64,000 bases of DNA, from contig CBDBKE010000004.1 of assembly GCA_965206645.1 (NCBI GenBank), positions 1,536,001 to 1,600,000 on the forward strand, given 5' to 3'. The notes below the pieces were generated by a model that saw nothing but the letters and a program-made list of their open reading frames with translations, did no database searches and was not told the origin of the DNA. The translations under genes and the position numbers were made by a program. Below, piece after piece: positions 38,289 to 49,258 of this stretch (position 1 is the stretch's first letter; every line of letters starts with the position of its first letter). The stretch comes from Terriglobia bacterium (GTDB taxonomy: Bacteria > Acidobacteriota > Terriglobia > JAJPHL01 > JAPKYU01).

Positions 38289-39014
38289 ATGAAACGAGCG
38301 GCCTTTCTCTGCCTTCTGTGTGCGGTGGCGATGTGTGCCCAACAGCGACCGGTGGAAATCATCTCCAGCCCGCAGGGCGATATCCGCATCACCCCCATAC
38401 GCCACGCCAGCGTGATGCTGCAGTTTAACGACAAGATCATTCACGTGGACCCGTGGAGCCAGGGCAACTACAGCGGTCTTCCGCAGGCCGACCTGATCCT
38501 GATTACTGACATCCATGGCGATCACATGGACCCGAAGGCCATCGCCCAACTGAAAAAGGCGGACACCAAGATCGTGGCACCGGCCGCCGTGCAGGAGACG
38601 GTGACCGAGGCGGAAGTGATCCACAATGGAGAGACCAAGACGGTCCTGGGCATCCAGATCGAAGCCGTCCCGATGTACAACCTGAAGCGCGGACCCAAAC
38701 CGGGAACCCTTTACCACGACAAGGGCCGGGGCAACGGCTATGTGCTCACGCTAGGCGGCAGGCACCTGTATTTTTCCGGCGATACCGAATGCGTCCCAGA
38801 GATCAAGGCTTTGAAGAACATTGACGTCGCCTTCCTCACCATGAACCTGCCTTACACCATGCCACCGAAAGAGGCCGCCGCCTGCGTCAAGGCGTTCCGG
38901 CCCAAGATCGTCTACCCCTACCACTACCGCGGCTCGGATCTGAAGGTGTTCAAAAGGGCCTTGCGGAAGTACAAGGAGATCGTGGGGGTACGCATCTTCG
39001 ACTGGTACTACTGA
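38289..39014 (+). CDS. MBL-fold metallohydrolase (exported)
   Basis: HAS, VDP, TDIHGDH, SGDT, PYHY. Confidence 0.88.
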   Translation: MKRAAFLCLLCAVAMCAQQRPVEIISSPQGDIRITPIRHASVMLQFNDKIIHVDPWSQGNYSGLPQADLILITDIHGDHMDPKAIAQLKKADTKIVAPAAVQETVTEAEVIHNGETKTVLGIQIEAVPMYNLKRGPKPGTLYHDKGRGNGYVLTLGGRHLYFSGDTECVPEIKALKNIDVAFLTMNLPYTMPPKEAAACVKAFRPKIVYPYHYRGSDLKVFKRALRKYKEIVGVRIFDWYY

Positions 39015-39058
39015 TGAGTGCCGGTGCTACTGATGAATGAAGGATGCGCGACGATTCC

Positions 39059-40363
39059 TCACCCTTCATTCTTCACTCCTAATCTTCCGCTCTTCGCAAG
39101 CCAACCGCTCACCAGCACCGCGTAGAACGGTACGTACACCAGCAGCAGGATCACAGGATTGTCTTCCCAGACTCCCAGCGCTGCATAGCCAATGAGCACT
39201 TCATAGAAGAGGAAGACCAGCACCGTAAACAACAACCAGGCAGGGTTAGGAAAAATGGCCAGCAGCGGCAGAATCCAGGTGAGGTACCAGGGAAAGACGT
39301 TGGCTGCGCACGCCAGGGTGGTTCCCAGGATAAGAAAGGCCGCCCGCAGGAGGGCAACTCGGCGACCGGCCAGAAATCCGGCCACGCCGGCCACGATCGC
39401 GACAAAGACGACGCTCGCTCCCGCGTGCGATCCGGTCACCGCGTGAAACAGGGCAAACAGGCTGTCATTGTTGCGCCATTGCTGGGCGAACATGGATAAC
39501 CCGGGTAGCACCTGAACCAGGCCCTCGCGAAAGGGCCAGTACGCCACCGCGCCGCACAGCACCGGCAGCAGCAACCCGCGCCAGCGCCCACGTTCCATCC
39601 AACGGGCCAGCACCACCGGCCAGAGAAAAGCGGTGAATAGCTTGGACAGAGTAGAGAGGGCAAGAGCCACCAGGGACCAGGCCTTCTCGCCGGCTGCAAA
39701 CCCGAGCAACGCCAGGAGCAGAAAGAAGACGGCCACCGAATCGTTGTGACCGCTGGCGGCAAACTCGATCACCGCCAACGGAGACCACCAGTAGACCAGC
39801 ACCCGTTGCTTCGGCAACTTGAGCCGCCCCAGCAACAGCACCAATAGCAGAGCCGCGCCGAAGTCGAAGGCCAGCATCGGCACTTTCATCAGCAGCACAG
39901 ACAGGTAAACGTGGCCGGGCGCCATGGCCACCGGGTACCAGAAGCGGAAAAGCAACTCGGTGAAGGGACCGTAAATGGCCACGTAGTGCTTGCCGGCCAC
40001 CCCGGGGTAGGTTTCATCGCGCAGCTCGGCCAGCTGCGGGTCGGCCGGCGGGAGCAGGTAGGGGTTGTAGCCGGCCACCTGCATCTTGCCGTCCCAGCGG
40101 TAGCGGATCAGGTCATCGGAAAGCGAGGGATAGAGAGGAAACAGCGTCGCGCGAAAGACCAGGCCCGCGGCGAAGATGAACCGCAGTGTCCACCGGCCCG
40201 CCGCTGGCAACGGGCGGAACACCAGCCAGACCGAAATCAGGTATAATAGGCCGGCTGCCAACGCAAGCGCGATGAACCACACCACCTGCTCCTTCAGATT
40301 GTGTAGGAGCAGGATGAGGACGTAGACAGCTTCCAGGGCTCCGGCCAGCAGCCAAAAGATCAT
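39059..40363 (-). CDS. GT-C fold membrane glycosyltransferase (GT87/DUF2029-like)
   Basis: LSDDLIRYRWDG...NPY, SGHND, PWY; many TM segments. Confidence 0.8.
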   Translation of the reverse strand: MIFWLLAGALEAVYVLILLLHNLKEQVVWFIALALAAGLLYLISVWLVFRPLPAAGRWTLRFIFAAGLVFRATLFPLYPSLSDDLIRYRWDGKMQVAGYNPYLLPPADPQLAELRDETYPGVAGKHYVAIYGPFTELLFRFWYPVAMAPGHVYLSVLLMKVPMLAFDFGAALLLVLLLGRLKLPKQRVLVYWWSPLAVIEFAASGHNDSVAVFFLLLALLGFAAGEKAWSLVALALSTLSKLFTAFLWPVVLARWMERGRWRGLLLPVLCGAVAYWPFREGLVQVLPGLSMFAQQWRNNDSLFALFHAVTGSHAGASVVFVAIVAGVAGFLAGRRVALLRAAFLILGTTLACAANVFPWYLTWILPLLAIFPNPAWLLFTVLVFLFYEVLIGYAALGVWEDNPVILLLVYVPFYAVLVSGWLAKSGRLGVKNEG

Positions 40364-40423
40364 CGGGGGATTCTGCTACCCGTTCTTCAGCGGGTCGCTC
40401 GTTTGAGCAAAGTATCATAGCGG

Positions 40424-42064
40424 ATGGGCACCCTTCTTTTATATCTGCCGTTTCCCGCCGGGCAACCTTCTCTCTGGAAGCAGGTCAAGCTGTTTCTCTT
40501 CGATCGCACCTTTGAAAATGTTTACCAGCCCAATGCCTTCGATGTGACGATCCTGACGCCCTACTTCCTGGTGCTGGCCGTGCTTTCGGTCTACGGGCTG
40601 CACCGCTACTGGCTGGTGTACAGCTATTTTCGGTATCGCCGCCGGGGTGCCGGGCCGCCACTTGGTCGTTGGGAACGGCTGCCCCGCGTCACGATCCAGC
40701 TTCCGGTATACAACGAGCGCTTTGTGGTAGAGCGCTTGATTGAGAGCGTCTGCCGGATTGAGTACCCGCGCGAACTGCTGGAAATCCAGGTCCTGGACGA
40801 CTCGACGGATGAGACGGTGGAGGAGGCCCGGGCCGCCGTGGAGCGCTACGCGCTTCTGGGGCACCCAATCCGCCACTTCCATCGAACCCACCGACGGGGC
40901 TTCAAGGCCGGGGCGCTGGCCGCGGGGCTGGAGAAAGCTGCCGGGGAATTCATCTGCGTCTTCGACGCCGACTTCCTGCCGCCCTCCGACTTCTTGCAGC
41001 GCACCATCCATTGCTTCACCGACCCGGGCGTGGGAATGGTACAGACGCGTTGGACGTTCCTGAATCGCGAGTACTCGCTGCTGACCCGGGTGCAGGCCAT
41101 TCTGCTGGATGGGCACTTCGTGCTGGAGCACGGCGCGCGCTTCGGCTCCGGCTGCTTCTTCAATTTCAACGGCACGGCGGGCATCTGGCGGCGCGCGGCC
41201 ATCGAGCAGGCGGGCGGCTGGCAACACGACACCCTCACCGAAGACACCGACCTCAGCTACCGCGCACAGTTGTGTGGCTGGAAGTTCCTCTACCTGCCGG
41301 ACGTCGAATGCCCCTCGGAGCTGCCGGTGGAGATGACCGCGTTCAAAACCCAGCAGGCTCGCTGGGCCAAGGGCCTGATCCAGACGGCAAGAAAACTGAT
41401 GCCGCGGATCTGGGCCGCCCCCATCCCCCTGCGCCAGAAGGTGGAGGCCTGGTTCCACCTGACCGCCAACATCAGCTACCCGCTGATGGCCGTTCTGGCT
41501 GTGCTGCTGCTGCCGGCCATGATTGTGCGCTTCTACCAGGGCTGGTTCCAGATGCTCTATATTGACCTGCCCTTGTTTGTGGCGGCCACCTTCTCCATTT
41601 CCTCCTTCTACCTGACCAGCCAGCGCGAACTGTTCCCGCGCCAGTGGACGCGTACCTTCCGCTACCTGCCGTTGCTGATAGGCGTGGGCGTCGGGCTCAC
41701 CATCACCAATACTCGGGCTGTGCTGGAGGCGCTGTGCGGAGTGGCCTCGCCCTTCCAACGCACTCCGAAGTACCGCATCGAATTCCACGCTCAACGGGTA
41801 CGCCTGCGGCAATACCGCCGTCGCGCCGGCTGGGTTCCGGCCATCGAATTGGCCGTCGGCACCTACTTCCTGGCCACGGTGTTTTACGCGGTAGACTGCC
41901 GCAATTTTGTTTCCGTCCCCTTTCTGCTGCTCTTCGTCCTGGGTTACTACTACACCGGCTTGATTTCCCTGATGCAGGGACGGTGGGAGGTGCTGGCGCG
42001 TCCTTTTCAGGCCCTCCGCCTGCGCTGGAGCAGGGTTCAGGTCTCAGCAGGCGTCAGGTTTTAG
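40424..42064 (+). CDS. GT2 processive glycosyltransferase (cellulose synthase/CslA-like)
   Basis: QLPVYNE, DDSTD, GFKAGAL, FDADF, TED, QQARWAKG. Confidence 0.93.
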   Translation: MGTLLLYLPFPAGQPSLWKQVKLFLFDRTFENVYQPNAFDVTILTPYFLVLAVLSVYGLHRYWLVYSYFRYRRRGAGPPLGRWERLPRVTIQLPVYNERFVVERLIESVCRIEYPRELLEIQVLDDSTDETVEEARAAVERYALLGHPIRHFHRTHRRGFKAGALAAGLEKAAGEFICVFDADFLPPSDFLQRTIHCFTDPGVGMVQTRWTFLNREYSLLTRVQAILLDGHFVLEHGARFGSGCFFNFNGTAGIWRRAAIEQAGGWQHDTLTEDTDLSYRAQLCGWKFLYLPDVECPSELPVEMTAFKTQQARWAKGLIQTARKLMPRIWAAPIPLRQKVEAWFHLTANISYPLMAVLAVLLLPAMIVRFYQGWFQMLYIDLPLFVAATFSISSFYLTSQRELFPRQWTRTFRYLPLLIGVGVGLTITNTRAVLEALCGVASPFQRTPKYRIEFHAQRVRLRQYRRRAGWVPAIELAVGTYFLATVFYAVDCRNFVSVPFLLLFVLGYYYTGLISLMQGRWEVLARPFQALRLRWSRVQVSAGVRF

Positions 42065-42887
42065 GTGGGTCTCCTAACTTTGCCAGCAGCAGAATATCCT
42101 GAGTCCCATACATGATGTTGACACGCAGTCGAAAACCAAGCGACTGAATCAGCTCTAACAAGAAGGACTCTTCATAAGCGATCGCATTCTCCGGATAGCA
42201 ACCGCTGTGGGTGGCAAAGTACCCGTGGAAGCAAGGAAAACAGAGGGGATGCCTGCCTGTACTCCGGACGGCTTCTTCCCGAGAACGGTAGGTAAAAAAT
42301 GACGCGTAAATGGTCCCGCCGCTGTCTGTCATGCGAAACAACTCCCTGAGATAGTGTCGAAGGTCTTCCTCCAGCAGGTGTGTAAAAAGTGAGGTTGCAA
42401 TGATCAGGTCAAAGGAGCCATCGGGGTGGGGGAAGCGGAAATCCCTGGCGAGTTGTTTTCCCTTGGGATTGTAGGAGCGATTGTAAAGATCGGCACAGTA
42501 GAACTGAAATCGAGTGTTTTTCGAAGCGATGTGCTTTTGGCACCAAAGGATGGCCTTTGCGTCGACGTCCATCCCCGCGTACTGTACGTTCAACCGCAGA
42601 AGCTCAGGATCGGTGGCGAAGCAGTAGGCGACCCGGCCGCAACCACACCCCACATCCAAGATCCGGCAGTTCTCTTTGAACAATCCCAGTCGGAAAAATT
42701 CGTGCAGAAACCAGGGTCCCACGTTCTTGAAACCTTTCGATCCGCCGGCCAGAGTGCGAAGGGAATAAGGTGGGAGGTGGAGTTGTCTGGTAAACAGCCG
42801 ATAGAAAAACTCTAAGTGATCAATGACAGACGCGTAAAACCACCGGTATCGGACGTAACTTCTTTCACGCCACAGCAGAGTCATCAT
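42054..42887 (-). CDS. class I SAM-dependent methyltransferase
   Basis: ILDVGCGCGR, FDLIIATSLFTHL. Confidence 0.88.
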   Translation of the reverse strand: MMTLLWRERSYVRYRWFYASVIDHLEFFYRLFTRQLHLPPYSLRTLAGGSKGFKNVGPWFLHEFFRLGLFKENCRILDVGCGCGRVAYCFATDPELLRLNVQYAGMDVDAKAILWCQKHIASKNTRFQFYCADLYNRSYNPKGKQLARDFRFPHPDGSFDLIIATSLFTHLLEEDLRHYLRELFRMTDSGGTIYASFFTYRSREEAVRSTGRHPLCFPCFHGYFATHSGCYPENAIAYEESFLLELIQSLGFRLRVNIMYGTQDILLLAKLGDPPKT

Positions 42888-43293
42888 GCTCTCGCTATCA
42901 ACACGGCCCCAGACGATTTACTCTTTTCCCAATCCCGTGGCCGGCTGGCGTATGCCCTCTCCCTGCCCGACAGTCTCGCATTCCAACCTGCGGTCAAACA
43001 GAGATTCGCGCTCCTGGACAAGCCCTGTAACAAGGACGCGCTCTTGGGCTCGGCTCACTCAGGTGCTTACGAGGCACTTCATAGTAGACTAACTGAGGCT
43101 GGAAGCGCGTTTTCAGTGACTTGGGTCGCAGGTTGCTCCAGTTGAAACGGCAGTGGATCAGCAGGCGAAAGGAGCATGACAGCGAGGCGGCCCCGCGCGA
43201 AGGGAACCCTTGTAGCCATCGGGCCGTGCTTCCTGCTGCCACTTGTTCGGCGCTATGAAGCCGGAACCTGAAGGCTGACGCCCGAGGCCCACC

Positions 43294-44637
43294 ATGGCGC
43301 GACTCTACTTTTTGATCGTCTGCTTGCTGGCAGCGCCGACTGCGGCCGCTCTGGAAAAAGAGCCGCTGGAAAGGTACCAGGCCCGGCGCGCGGCCCTCTC
43401 CTCGAAACTCAATGATGGCATCACAGTCGTCTTCGCTTACGAGGAGCCGGAGGGCCCGTCGGCCACTCTCGGCTTCCGGCAGAACGAGAATTTTCACTAT
43501 TTGACCGGCATCGCTGAGCCAGGGGGCATCCTGGTACTGGTGCCGCGGCTGACGGACCGTTCTTCGCCGCACTCTGGCAAGGCAGAAAAGTTTCCCCGCG
43601 AGATTTTGTTCCTGCCACCCCGCGATCCGAAACAGGAGCGCTGGACCGGTCCTAAGCTCGGCCCCCGGGATCCGGACGTGCGCCAGCGCACCGGGTTTCA
43701 GACGGTGCTCAGCCAGAAATTCTTCGAGCAGGAGCTTCTGCGGCTGCTGCCCGCCTACGGCGTGCTCTATACAGTGCTCCCCTCAGGCCATAATAGGGGG
43801 AATCGCAGCTTTGAGCACGACCGCTCGAATCGCCTGAAGACGCTGGCGCCATTCGCCAAGATCCGCGATGCCGGGCCCGAGATTGCGCGCCTGCGTCAGG
43901 TGAAATCCAAGAGCGAACTGGCGCTGTTGGAGAAGGCCATAGACGCCTCGATGGAGGCGCACCGGGAGGCGATGCAGGCCGTGCGCTCAGGAATCTACGA
44001 ATACGAAATCGCGGCCCTGATGAAGTATGTCTTTGAGCGGCTGGGCTGCGAGCGGCCTGCCTTTGCCCCGATTGTCGGCTCCGGGTTCAACTCCACCGTA
44101 CTGCACTACAACGCCAACACGCGGCGCATGCAGGCCGGCGACCTGGTGGTTCTGGACGTGGGTGGCGAGTATGGCGGCTACGCGGCTGATATCACACGCA
44201 CACTGCCGGTCTCGGGCAAGTTCACCCGGCGGCAGCGCGAGATTTATGAAATCGTGCTCGGCGCGCAGAAGGCGGCTATCGCCGCCATCAAGCCGGGTGT
44301 GACCATCGGTCGCAAGACCCGGAACAGCATTTACAGGATCGCCTATGACTACCTGGACAGCCACGGCAAAGACCGGCGCGGGGAGCCGCTGGGCAAATAC
44401 TTCATCCACGGCGTCGGCCACCATCTGGGGTTGAACGTTCACGACCCCGGTGATGTGGGCCGGCCTCTGGAGCCGGGCATGGTCATCACCGTCGAGCCCG
44501 GCATCTACATCCCAGGGGAGAACCTGGGAGTGCGTATCGAAGACGTGGTCTTGGTCACCAAAGACGGCGCCCGCGTGCTGACCGAGGCGCTACCGCGCGA
44601 GGCCGACGCCATCGAGCGCGCCATGGCCCGACAATGA
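43294..44637 (+). CDS. pepP: Xaa-Pro aminopeptidase (M24B)
   Basis: FRQNENFHYLTG, D.G...ADITRT, HGVGHHLGLNVHD, TVEPGIY, GVRIED. Confidence 0.93.
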   Translation: MARLYFLIVCLLAAPTAAALEKEPLERYQARRAALSSKLNDGITVVFAYEEPEGPSATLGFRQNENFHYLTGIAEPGGILVLVPRLTDRSSPHSGKAEKFPREILFLPPRDPKQERWTGPKLGPRDPDVRQRTGFQTVLSQKFFEQELLRLLPAYGVLYTVLPSGHNRGNRSFEHDRSNRLKTLAPFAKIRDAGPEIARLRQVKSKSELALLEKAIDASMEAHREAMQAVRSGIYEYEIAALMKYVFERLGCERPAFAPIVGSGFNSTVLHYNANTRRMQAGDLVVLDVGGEYGGYAADITRTLPVSGKFTRRQREIYEIVLGAQKAAIAAIKPGVTIGRKTRNSIYRIAYDYLDSHGKDRRGEPLGKYFIHGVGHHLGLNVHDPGDVGRPLEPGMVITVEPGIYIPGENLGVRIEDVVLVTKDGARVLTEALPREADAIERAMARQ

Positions 44638-45016
44638 GGGGCAGCCCGGTTCCGGTTGGCAAAACTTAGTGGTTCCGGCTGGCTCTCAGGTTCCAGAGGG
44701 CATTCAAAAAACTCGGCCCCGGAGTTGCAACCTCCGGGGCCATATCCTTATCTACTTCCCCTCCCACCGAGAGGAAAGCCATCTTATCCCACCCAATCCA
44801 GCTCCACCTCGCGGGGGCCACCAAGCAGGGCACGAGCTAATCCTGTCTCCTATTTAAGCAATCAGGCTGCCAGCCTGGCTTTCAGTTAAGTACTTGAAAA
44901 TAAATTACAAAGTTGAATCTTCTCTACGGCAAGAATACAACAATCCGTAGAAGCCCGCCGACCCTCCAAATTCCCGTATTAGCTGTAGTAGCGCTCGGGG
45001 CCCAAGCTTGTCTTTG

Positions 45017-45157
45017 TCACCGGTCTGGCTCACTGGCCTGGCTCAGCCGACGACGCACTTGGTCGGTAATGATGCCGTCTTTAGTCTCCTGATCGCTGGC
45101 AACAACGGGAACGGCACAAGGCAGCAGAATCAGCAAGCAAACAAGGAGGCGCAACAT
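45017..45157 (-). pseudogene. signal peptide plus start of a BON-like domain, truncated
   Basis: MLRLLVCLLILLPCAVPVVA-SDQETKDGIITDQVRRRL, starting 2 nt after the era stop and ending after 46 aa. Confidence 0.4.
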
Positions 45158-45159
45158 AA

Positions 45160-46113
45160 TTACAACGTCAACGGCCCTTCGTCGGAATCGCTTTTCTCTT
45201 CGCCCACCATACTGCGCCAGTCAATGGCCTGCAAGAACCGCGGACTTTCGCGCCAGCCGGGACGCACCTTCACGAACAGCTCCAGGTAGACCCTCAGGCC
45301 GAACAGTTTCTCAAGCTCCTCGCGGGCCCGGGTGCCGATCTTCTTCAGCTTTTCGCCGCGGGCCCCGATCATGATCCCCTTCTGGCCGGCGCGCTCGACG
45401 TAGACGGTGGCGTGAATGCGAAGCAGGCCGGGCTTCTCCTCGAAGCTGTCCACCAGCACCATCGTCGCGTAGGGCAATTCCTGGCGAGTCAGCAGGATGA
45501 CCTTTTCCCGGACGATCTCGCCAGCCAGGAAGCGAGCGGGCTGATCGGTGAGGTGGTCCGAAGGGAAGTACTGGGGACCCTCCGGCAGGGCGGCGATAAT
45601 CCGTTCAACCAGCGTCTCCAGGCCGTCGCCGGTGAGCGCGGAAGTGGGAAGGAGTTCAGCAAAATCGTGCCGCTGGCGATACTGTTCCATCAGCGGAAGC
45701 AGGATGCGCTTGTCGGGGAGCAGATCAATCTTGTTCAGTAGCAGGAAGCTGGGCTGGCCGGTCTTCTTCATCAGCTCCAAGGCGTACTGGTCGCCACGGC
45801 CGAAGGCGCGGGTGGCGTCCGCCAGTAGCAGCAGCAGATCACACCCCTGAAGCGCCTCGCGGACTTCGGCCATCATCCTCCGGTTGATCCGGCTGTCGGG
45901 TTTGTGGATGCCGGGAGTATCCAGGAAGATGATCTGCGCGTGCGGCCGGTTCACGACGCCCTGGATGCGGTTGCGTGTGGTCTGCGGCTTGTCCGTGACG
46001 ATGGCGATCTTGGAGCCGATCAGAGCGTTCAGCAGAGTGGACTTGCCAGCGTTGGGGCGGCCCAGGATCGAAATAAACCCGGAAGCAAAACGGCCCTGCG
46101 GCACCGCCTTCAT
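45160..46113 (-). CDS. era: GTPase Era
   Basis: GRPNAGKST, QTTR, DTPG, NKID, KH domain. Confidence 0.97.
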   Translation of the reverse strand: MKAVPQGRFASGFISILGRPNAGKSTLLNALIGSKIAIVTDKPQTTRNRIQGVVNRPHAQIIFLDTPGIHKPDSRINRRMMAEVREALQGCDLLLLLADATRAFGRGDQYALELMKKTGQPSFLLLNKIDLLPDKRILLPLMEQYRQRHDFAELLPTSALTGDGLETLVERIIAALPEGPQYFPSDHLTDQPARFLAGEIVREKVILLTRQELPYATMVLVDSFEEKPGLLRIHATVYVERAGQKGIMIGARGEKLKKIGTRAREELEKLFGLRVYLELFVKVRPGWRESPRFLQAIDWRSMVGEEKSDSDEGPLTL

Positions 46114-47396
46114 CCGGGGACCGACGACGCCTCCTCGGTGTCGGCAGGACGCATGGAAATGCGGAGGCGATCGACCTTGAGGCCATTGGCGGCCAGGACC
46201 TCAAAGCGCAGCCCGTTGTGATCGAAGACCTCGCCGGGCTGCGGCACATGGCCGGCCAGCGCATTGACCAGGCCGGCCACCGTGGCCACCTCAGCCGGCG
46301 TCTCGGGTCGCACGCCGAACAATTCCTCCAGCCGGTCGATATCTGCATGGCCAGCCAGCAGGTAAGAATTGTTTCCTTCAGCCACCACTTCGCCGGGCGT
46401 TTCGGTCTCGTCGTGAATTTCGCCCACGATCTCCTCGACCAGATCTTCCATGGTGGCCACGCCGGCCACCGAGCCATATTCGTCAATCACCACGGCCATG
46501 TGGATGTTCTGGCGCTGCATCTCACGGAACAGCTCGGCCACCGGCTTGGTTTCCGGCGCGAACAGGACCGGACGGAGCCGCTCGCCGGCTCGCATGCGCT
46601 TCAGCTCCGGGTCCTCCAGTTGGATGAACTCCCGGGTGTAGACGAAACCCTCGATGTTGTCCAGGTCGCCGGAGTACACCGGAACGCGGGAGTAGTGCTT
46701 GGTCTCGATCGTCCGAAGCAAGTCCTCCAGCGTGACGTTCTTTTCCACCGCTACAATGTTCGGGCGCGCTGTCATTGCCTCACGCACAGTCTTGTCGCCG
46801 AACTCCACCACCGACTGAATCAGCCGCCGGTCCCCTTTCTCGATCAGCCCCTGTTCTTCGCCGCGTTCGATCAGCGCTTCAATGTTTTTCTCGTTGCTCT
46901 TGGGATTCTCCTGCTCGGCTCCCGGCTCGGCGCCCAGCGCGGCCATGGAGAAAGAAAAGGAAAGCACGGCCACCACCGGAGTGGCCAGCAGAGCCGAAAG
47001 CCGCAGCAGGCGGGTGAAGCCCACCAGCCACTCGCCACTGGTGCGGGTGATCAGCACGTGCGGGACCAGATGAGCGAACACCACCACGGTCACTACCAGA
47101 AGGATGGCCGTCTGCAGAGCGGTTGCCCAGTTGAGGGTAGCTCGAGCAAAGGCCAGATAGCCGCCCAGCACGGCTAGCGCCAGGATCATCATCTGGGCCA
47201 GCAGAGCGAACGTCAGGCCGGCACGGACGCGGTCCAGCTTCAGCGAGGGTTCGACCTTGCGCTCAAACATCTCGATGTTGTCCTCGACGCCAACCAGGAA
47301 GAACTTGCCCATTTCTGTATAGAGGCGGTCCACGTAGGCAAACAGGGTGAGCAGCGCGATGCTCAGCACAATCAGGATGGCGGCCAGCAGAATCAT
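46110..47396 (-). CDS. hemolysin/CNNM-CBS-CorC family protein
   Basis: TM domain, SRVPVY, VIDEYG.VAG..TMEDLVEEIVGEI. Confidence 0.92.
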   Translation of the reverse strand: MILLAAILIVLSIALLTLFAYVDRLYTEMGKFFLVGVEDNIEMFERKVEPSLKLDRVRAGLTFALLAQMMILALAVLGGYLAFARATLNWATALQTAILLVVTVVVFAHLVPHVLITRTSGEWLVGFTRLLRLSALLATPVVAVLSFSFSMAALGAEPGAEQENPKSNEKNIEALIERGEEQGLIEKGDRRLIQSVVEFGDKTVREAMTARPNIVAVEKNVTLEDLLRTIETKHYSRVPVYSGDLDNIEGFVYTREFIQLEDPELKRMRAGERLRPVLFAPETKPVAELFREMQRQNIHMAVVIDEYGSVAGVATMEDLVEEIVGEIHDETETPGEVVAEGNNSYLLAGHADIDRLEELFGVRPETPAEVATVAGLVNALAGHVPQPGEVFDHNGLRFEVLAANGLKVDRLRISMRPADTEEASSVPG

Positions 47397-47872
47397 TGGT
47401 GGACCCGTTCCATCAAACCCTGAGGGAGGGCCAACCGCTTACGCCAGCGCCGCTCGGCACGCGCCATCCGGGCGGCATCCCGAGGCCCCTCGTGGTCAAA
47501 GCCCAGCAGATGAAGCAGGCCATGCAGCAGCAGGATTCGGATTTCAGTCTCCACGGAATGGCCTAGGCGTCGCGCCTGCTGCCGGGCGGTTTCAACCGAA
47601 ACCAGCAAGTCGCCGGCCCGCCCGTCGGCTCCATCCGGAAACGACAGCACGTCGGTCGGCTGGTTCAGGCCTCGGAAGCGCTTCTGGTACCGCCGCATGA
47701 CCGCATCCGAAACCAGACACACGCTGACGGGACTCCCGGCAGCTACCTCCCGCTGCAAACGCCGCAGGAAATCCTGCAGTGGGAGAATGGAAAGCTTCAC
47801 GCGGCGTTGCCGGTTCAGCAGCGTGGGTCCGTTGTCACTGTCGGAGGGAGTTTCTGGCGCTGGCGCTGTCAT
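47393..47872 (-). CDS. ybeY: rRNA maturation RNase YbeY
   Basis: TDVLSF, HGLLHLLGFDH. Confidence 0.95.
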   Translation of the reverse strand: MTAPAPETPSDSDNGPTLLNRQRRVKLSILPLQDFLRRLQREVAAGSPVSVCLVSDAVMRRYQKRFRGLNQPTDVLSFPDGADGRAGDLLVSVETARQQARRLGHSVETEIRILLLHGLLHLLGFDHEGPRDAARMARAERRWRKRLALPQGLMERVHQ

Positions 47873-47894
47873 GCTGTTGGCGGTGGGCTGGTGG

Positions 47895-48947
47895 CTACTC
47901 TGAAGTGGACTCGTTGGACACGACTCCCGGCGGTCGATCTCCGTTCGGCCCCTCTACCGGCGTCCCATCCCGGACCGTGCCGCCACCATTGACAACGGCG
48001 GCGGTTTGCGTCGCGTAGCTCTCGTACGCCTTGATGATCTGCTGCACCAGCGTGTGGCGCACGACATCCCTTTCGTTGAAGTAGACGAAGGCGATCCCCT
48101 TGATTCCCGACACCACGTCAATGGCTTCCAGCAGGCCGCTCCGCTTGCTGGCCGGCAGGTCAATTTGTGTGATATCGCCCGTGATCACCGCCTTGGAATC
48201 AAACCCGAGGCGGGTGAGGAACATCTTCATCTGCTCGCTGGTGGTATTCTGCGCCTCGTCCAGGATCACGAAACTGTGGTTCAGCGTACGCCCGCGCATG
48301 AAGGCCAGCGGCGCAATCTCGATCGTGTCCCGGTCCAGGTAGCGGTCCACCTTTTCGGTGTCCATCATGTCATAGAGGGCGTCATAGAGGGGCCGCAGAT
48401 AGGGATCCACTTTCTCCTGCACGGTGCCCGGTAGAAAGCCCAGCCGCTCGCCCGCCTCGATCGCCGGGCGGGCCAGGATGATGCGGTTCACCTTCTTGCT
48501 CATTAGCGCGCTGATGGCCATGGCCACTGCCAGATAGGTCTTGCCCGTGCCTCCTGGCCCGATACCAAAGACCATGTCATTGTCCTCGATGGCCTCCATG
48601 TAGCGCTGCTGGTTCAGGCTCTTGGGTTGAATCGGTTTCTTGCCAAAGTGGCGCTGCCGCCCGCTGTGCACCAAGCCGAGGAGTGTACTGGAGGGGTCTT
48701 CCAGCAACACCCGCAGGTAGTCATACAAGGCTCCATTGTTGAACAGGTGCCCTTCTCGCAACAATCGGTTGTAATCTTGCACAATTTGGGTGGCGCGATC
48801 CACATTGGCCGCTTCGCCTTCGATTTCCAGACAGTCGTCCCGGAGGGCGGTATTGACTCGCAATGCGGTTTCCAACAGGCGGATGTTCTCGTCGCGGGTA
48901 CCGAACAACCATTCGATTCCGCGATCGATCTTGACGCTGGCCTTCAT
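47895..48947 (-). CDS. phoH: PhoH-family ATPase (YbeZ)
   Basis: [30 protein letters not shown]. Confidence 0.95.
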   Translation of the reverse strand: MKASVKIDRGIEWLFGTRDENIRLLETALRVNTALRDDCLEIEGEAANVDRATQIVQDYNRLLREGHLFNNGALYDYLRVLLEDPSSTLLGLVHSGRQRHFGKKPIQPKSLNQQRYMEAIEDNDMVFGIGPGGTGKTYLAVAMAISALMSKKVNRIILARPAIEAGERLGFLPGTVQEKVDPYLRPLYDALYDMMDTEKVDRYLDRDTIEIAPLAFMRGRTLNHSFVILDEAQNTTSEQMKMFLTRLGFDSKAVITGDITQIDLPASKRSGLLEAIDVVSGIKGIAFVYFNERDVVRHTLVQQIIKAYESYATQTAAVVNGGGTVRDGTPVEGPNGDRPPGVVSNESTSE

Positions 48948-49258
48948 CTAGTCGGGCTTCTCTACCTCCCTAAGACAAAAATGCCCCTTTCGGGGCTAAA
49001 GCAGAACCGGTTCTAGTTCACCTCCATAAGAAGGTCATTCACAGGATAGCAAAGCATATGAACTTAGTCAATTGGCAATAACTACTTGTATTTAAATTGG
49101 TTATCACTAGGCAGATGACCTCTGCTCTGGAAGGCCTTCTGGCGAGCGGGCCGGCCACTGAGCAAAACACTTCTAAGATGAACCCCAGCCGTCGGAGATA
49201 TCGTAGCTCTTCGCCTTGGTCATCCGGCCGATCTCTCCTCGCCAAGCATCGGGCCCCC

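Noticed and set aside
22211-41812. Long antisense ORFs (e.g. 22211-23488, 25947-27497, 28139-29413, 30364-31575, 34277-35809, 40439-41812)
   Set aside because: Shadow frames of high-GC genes with clear identities on the opposite strand.
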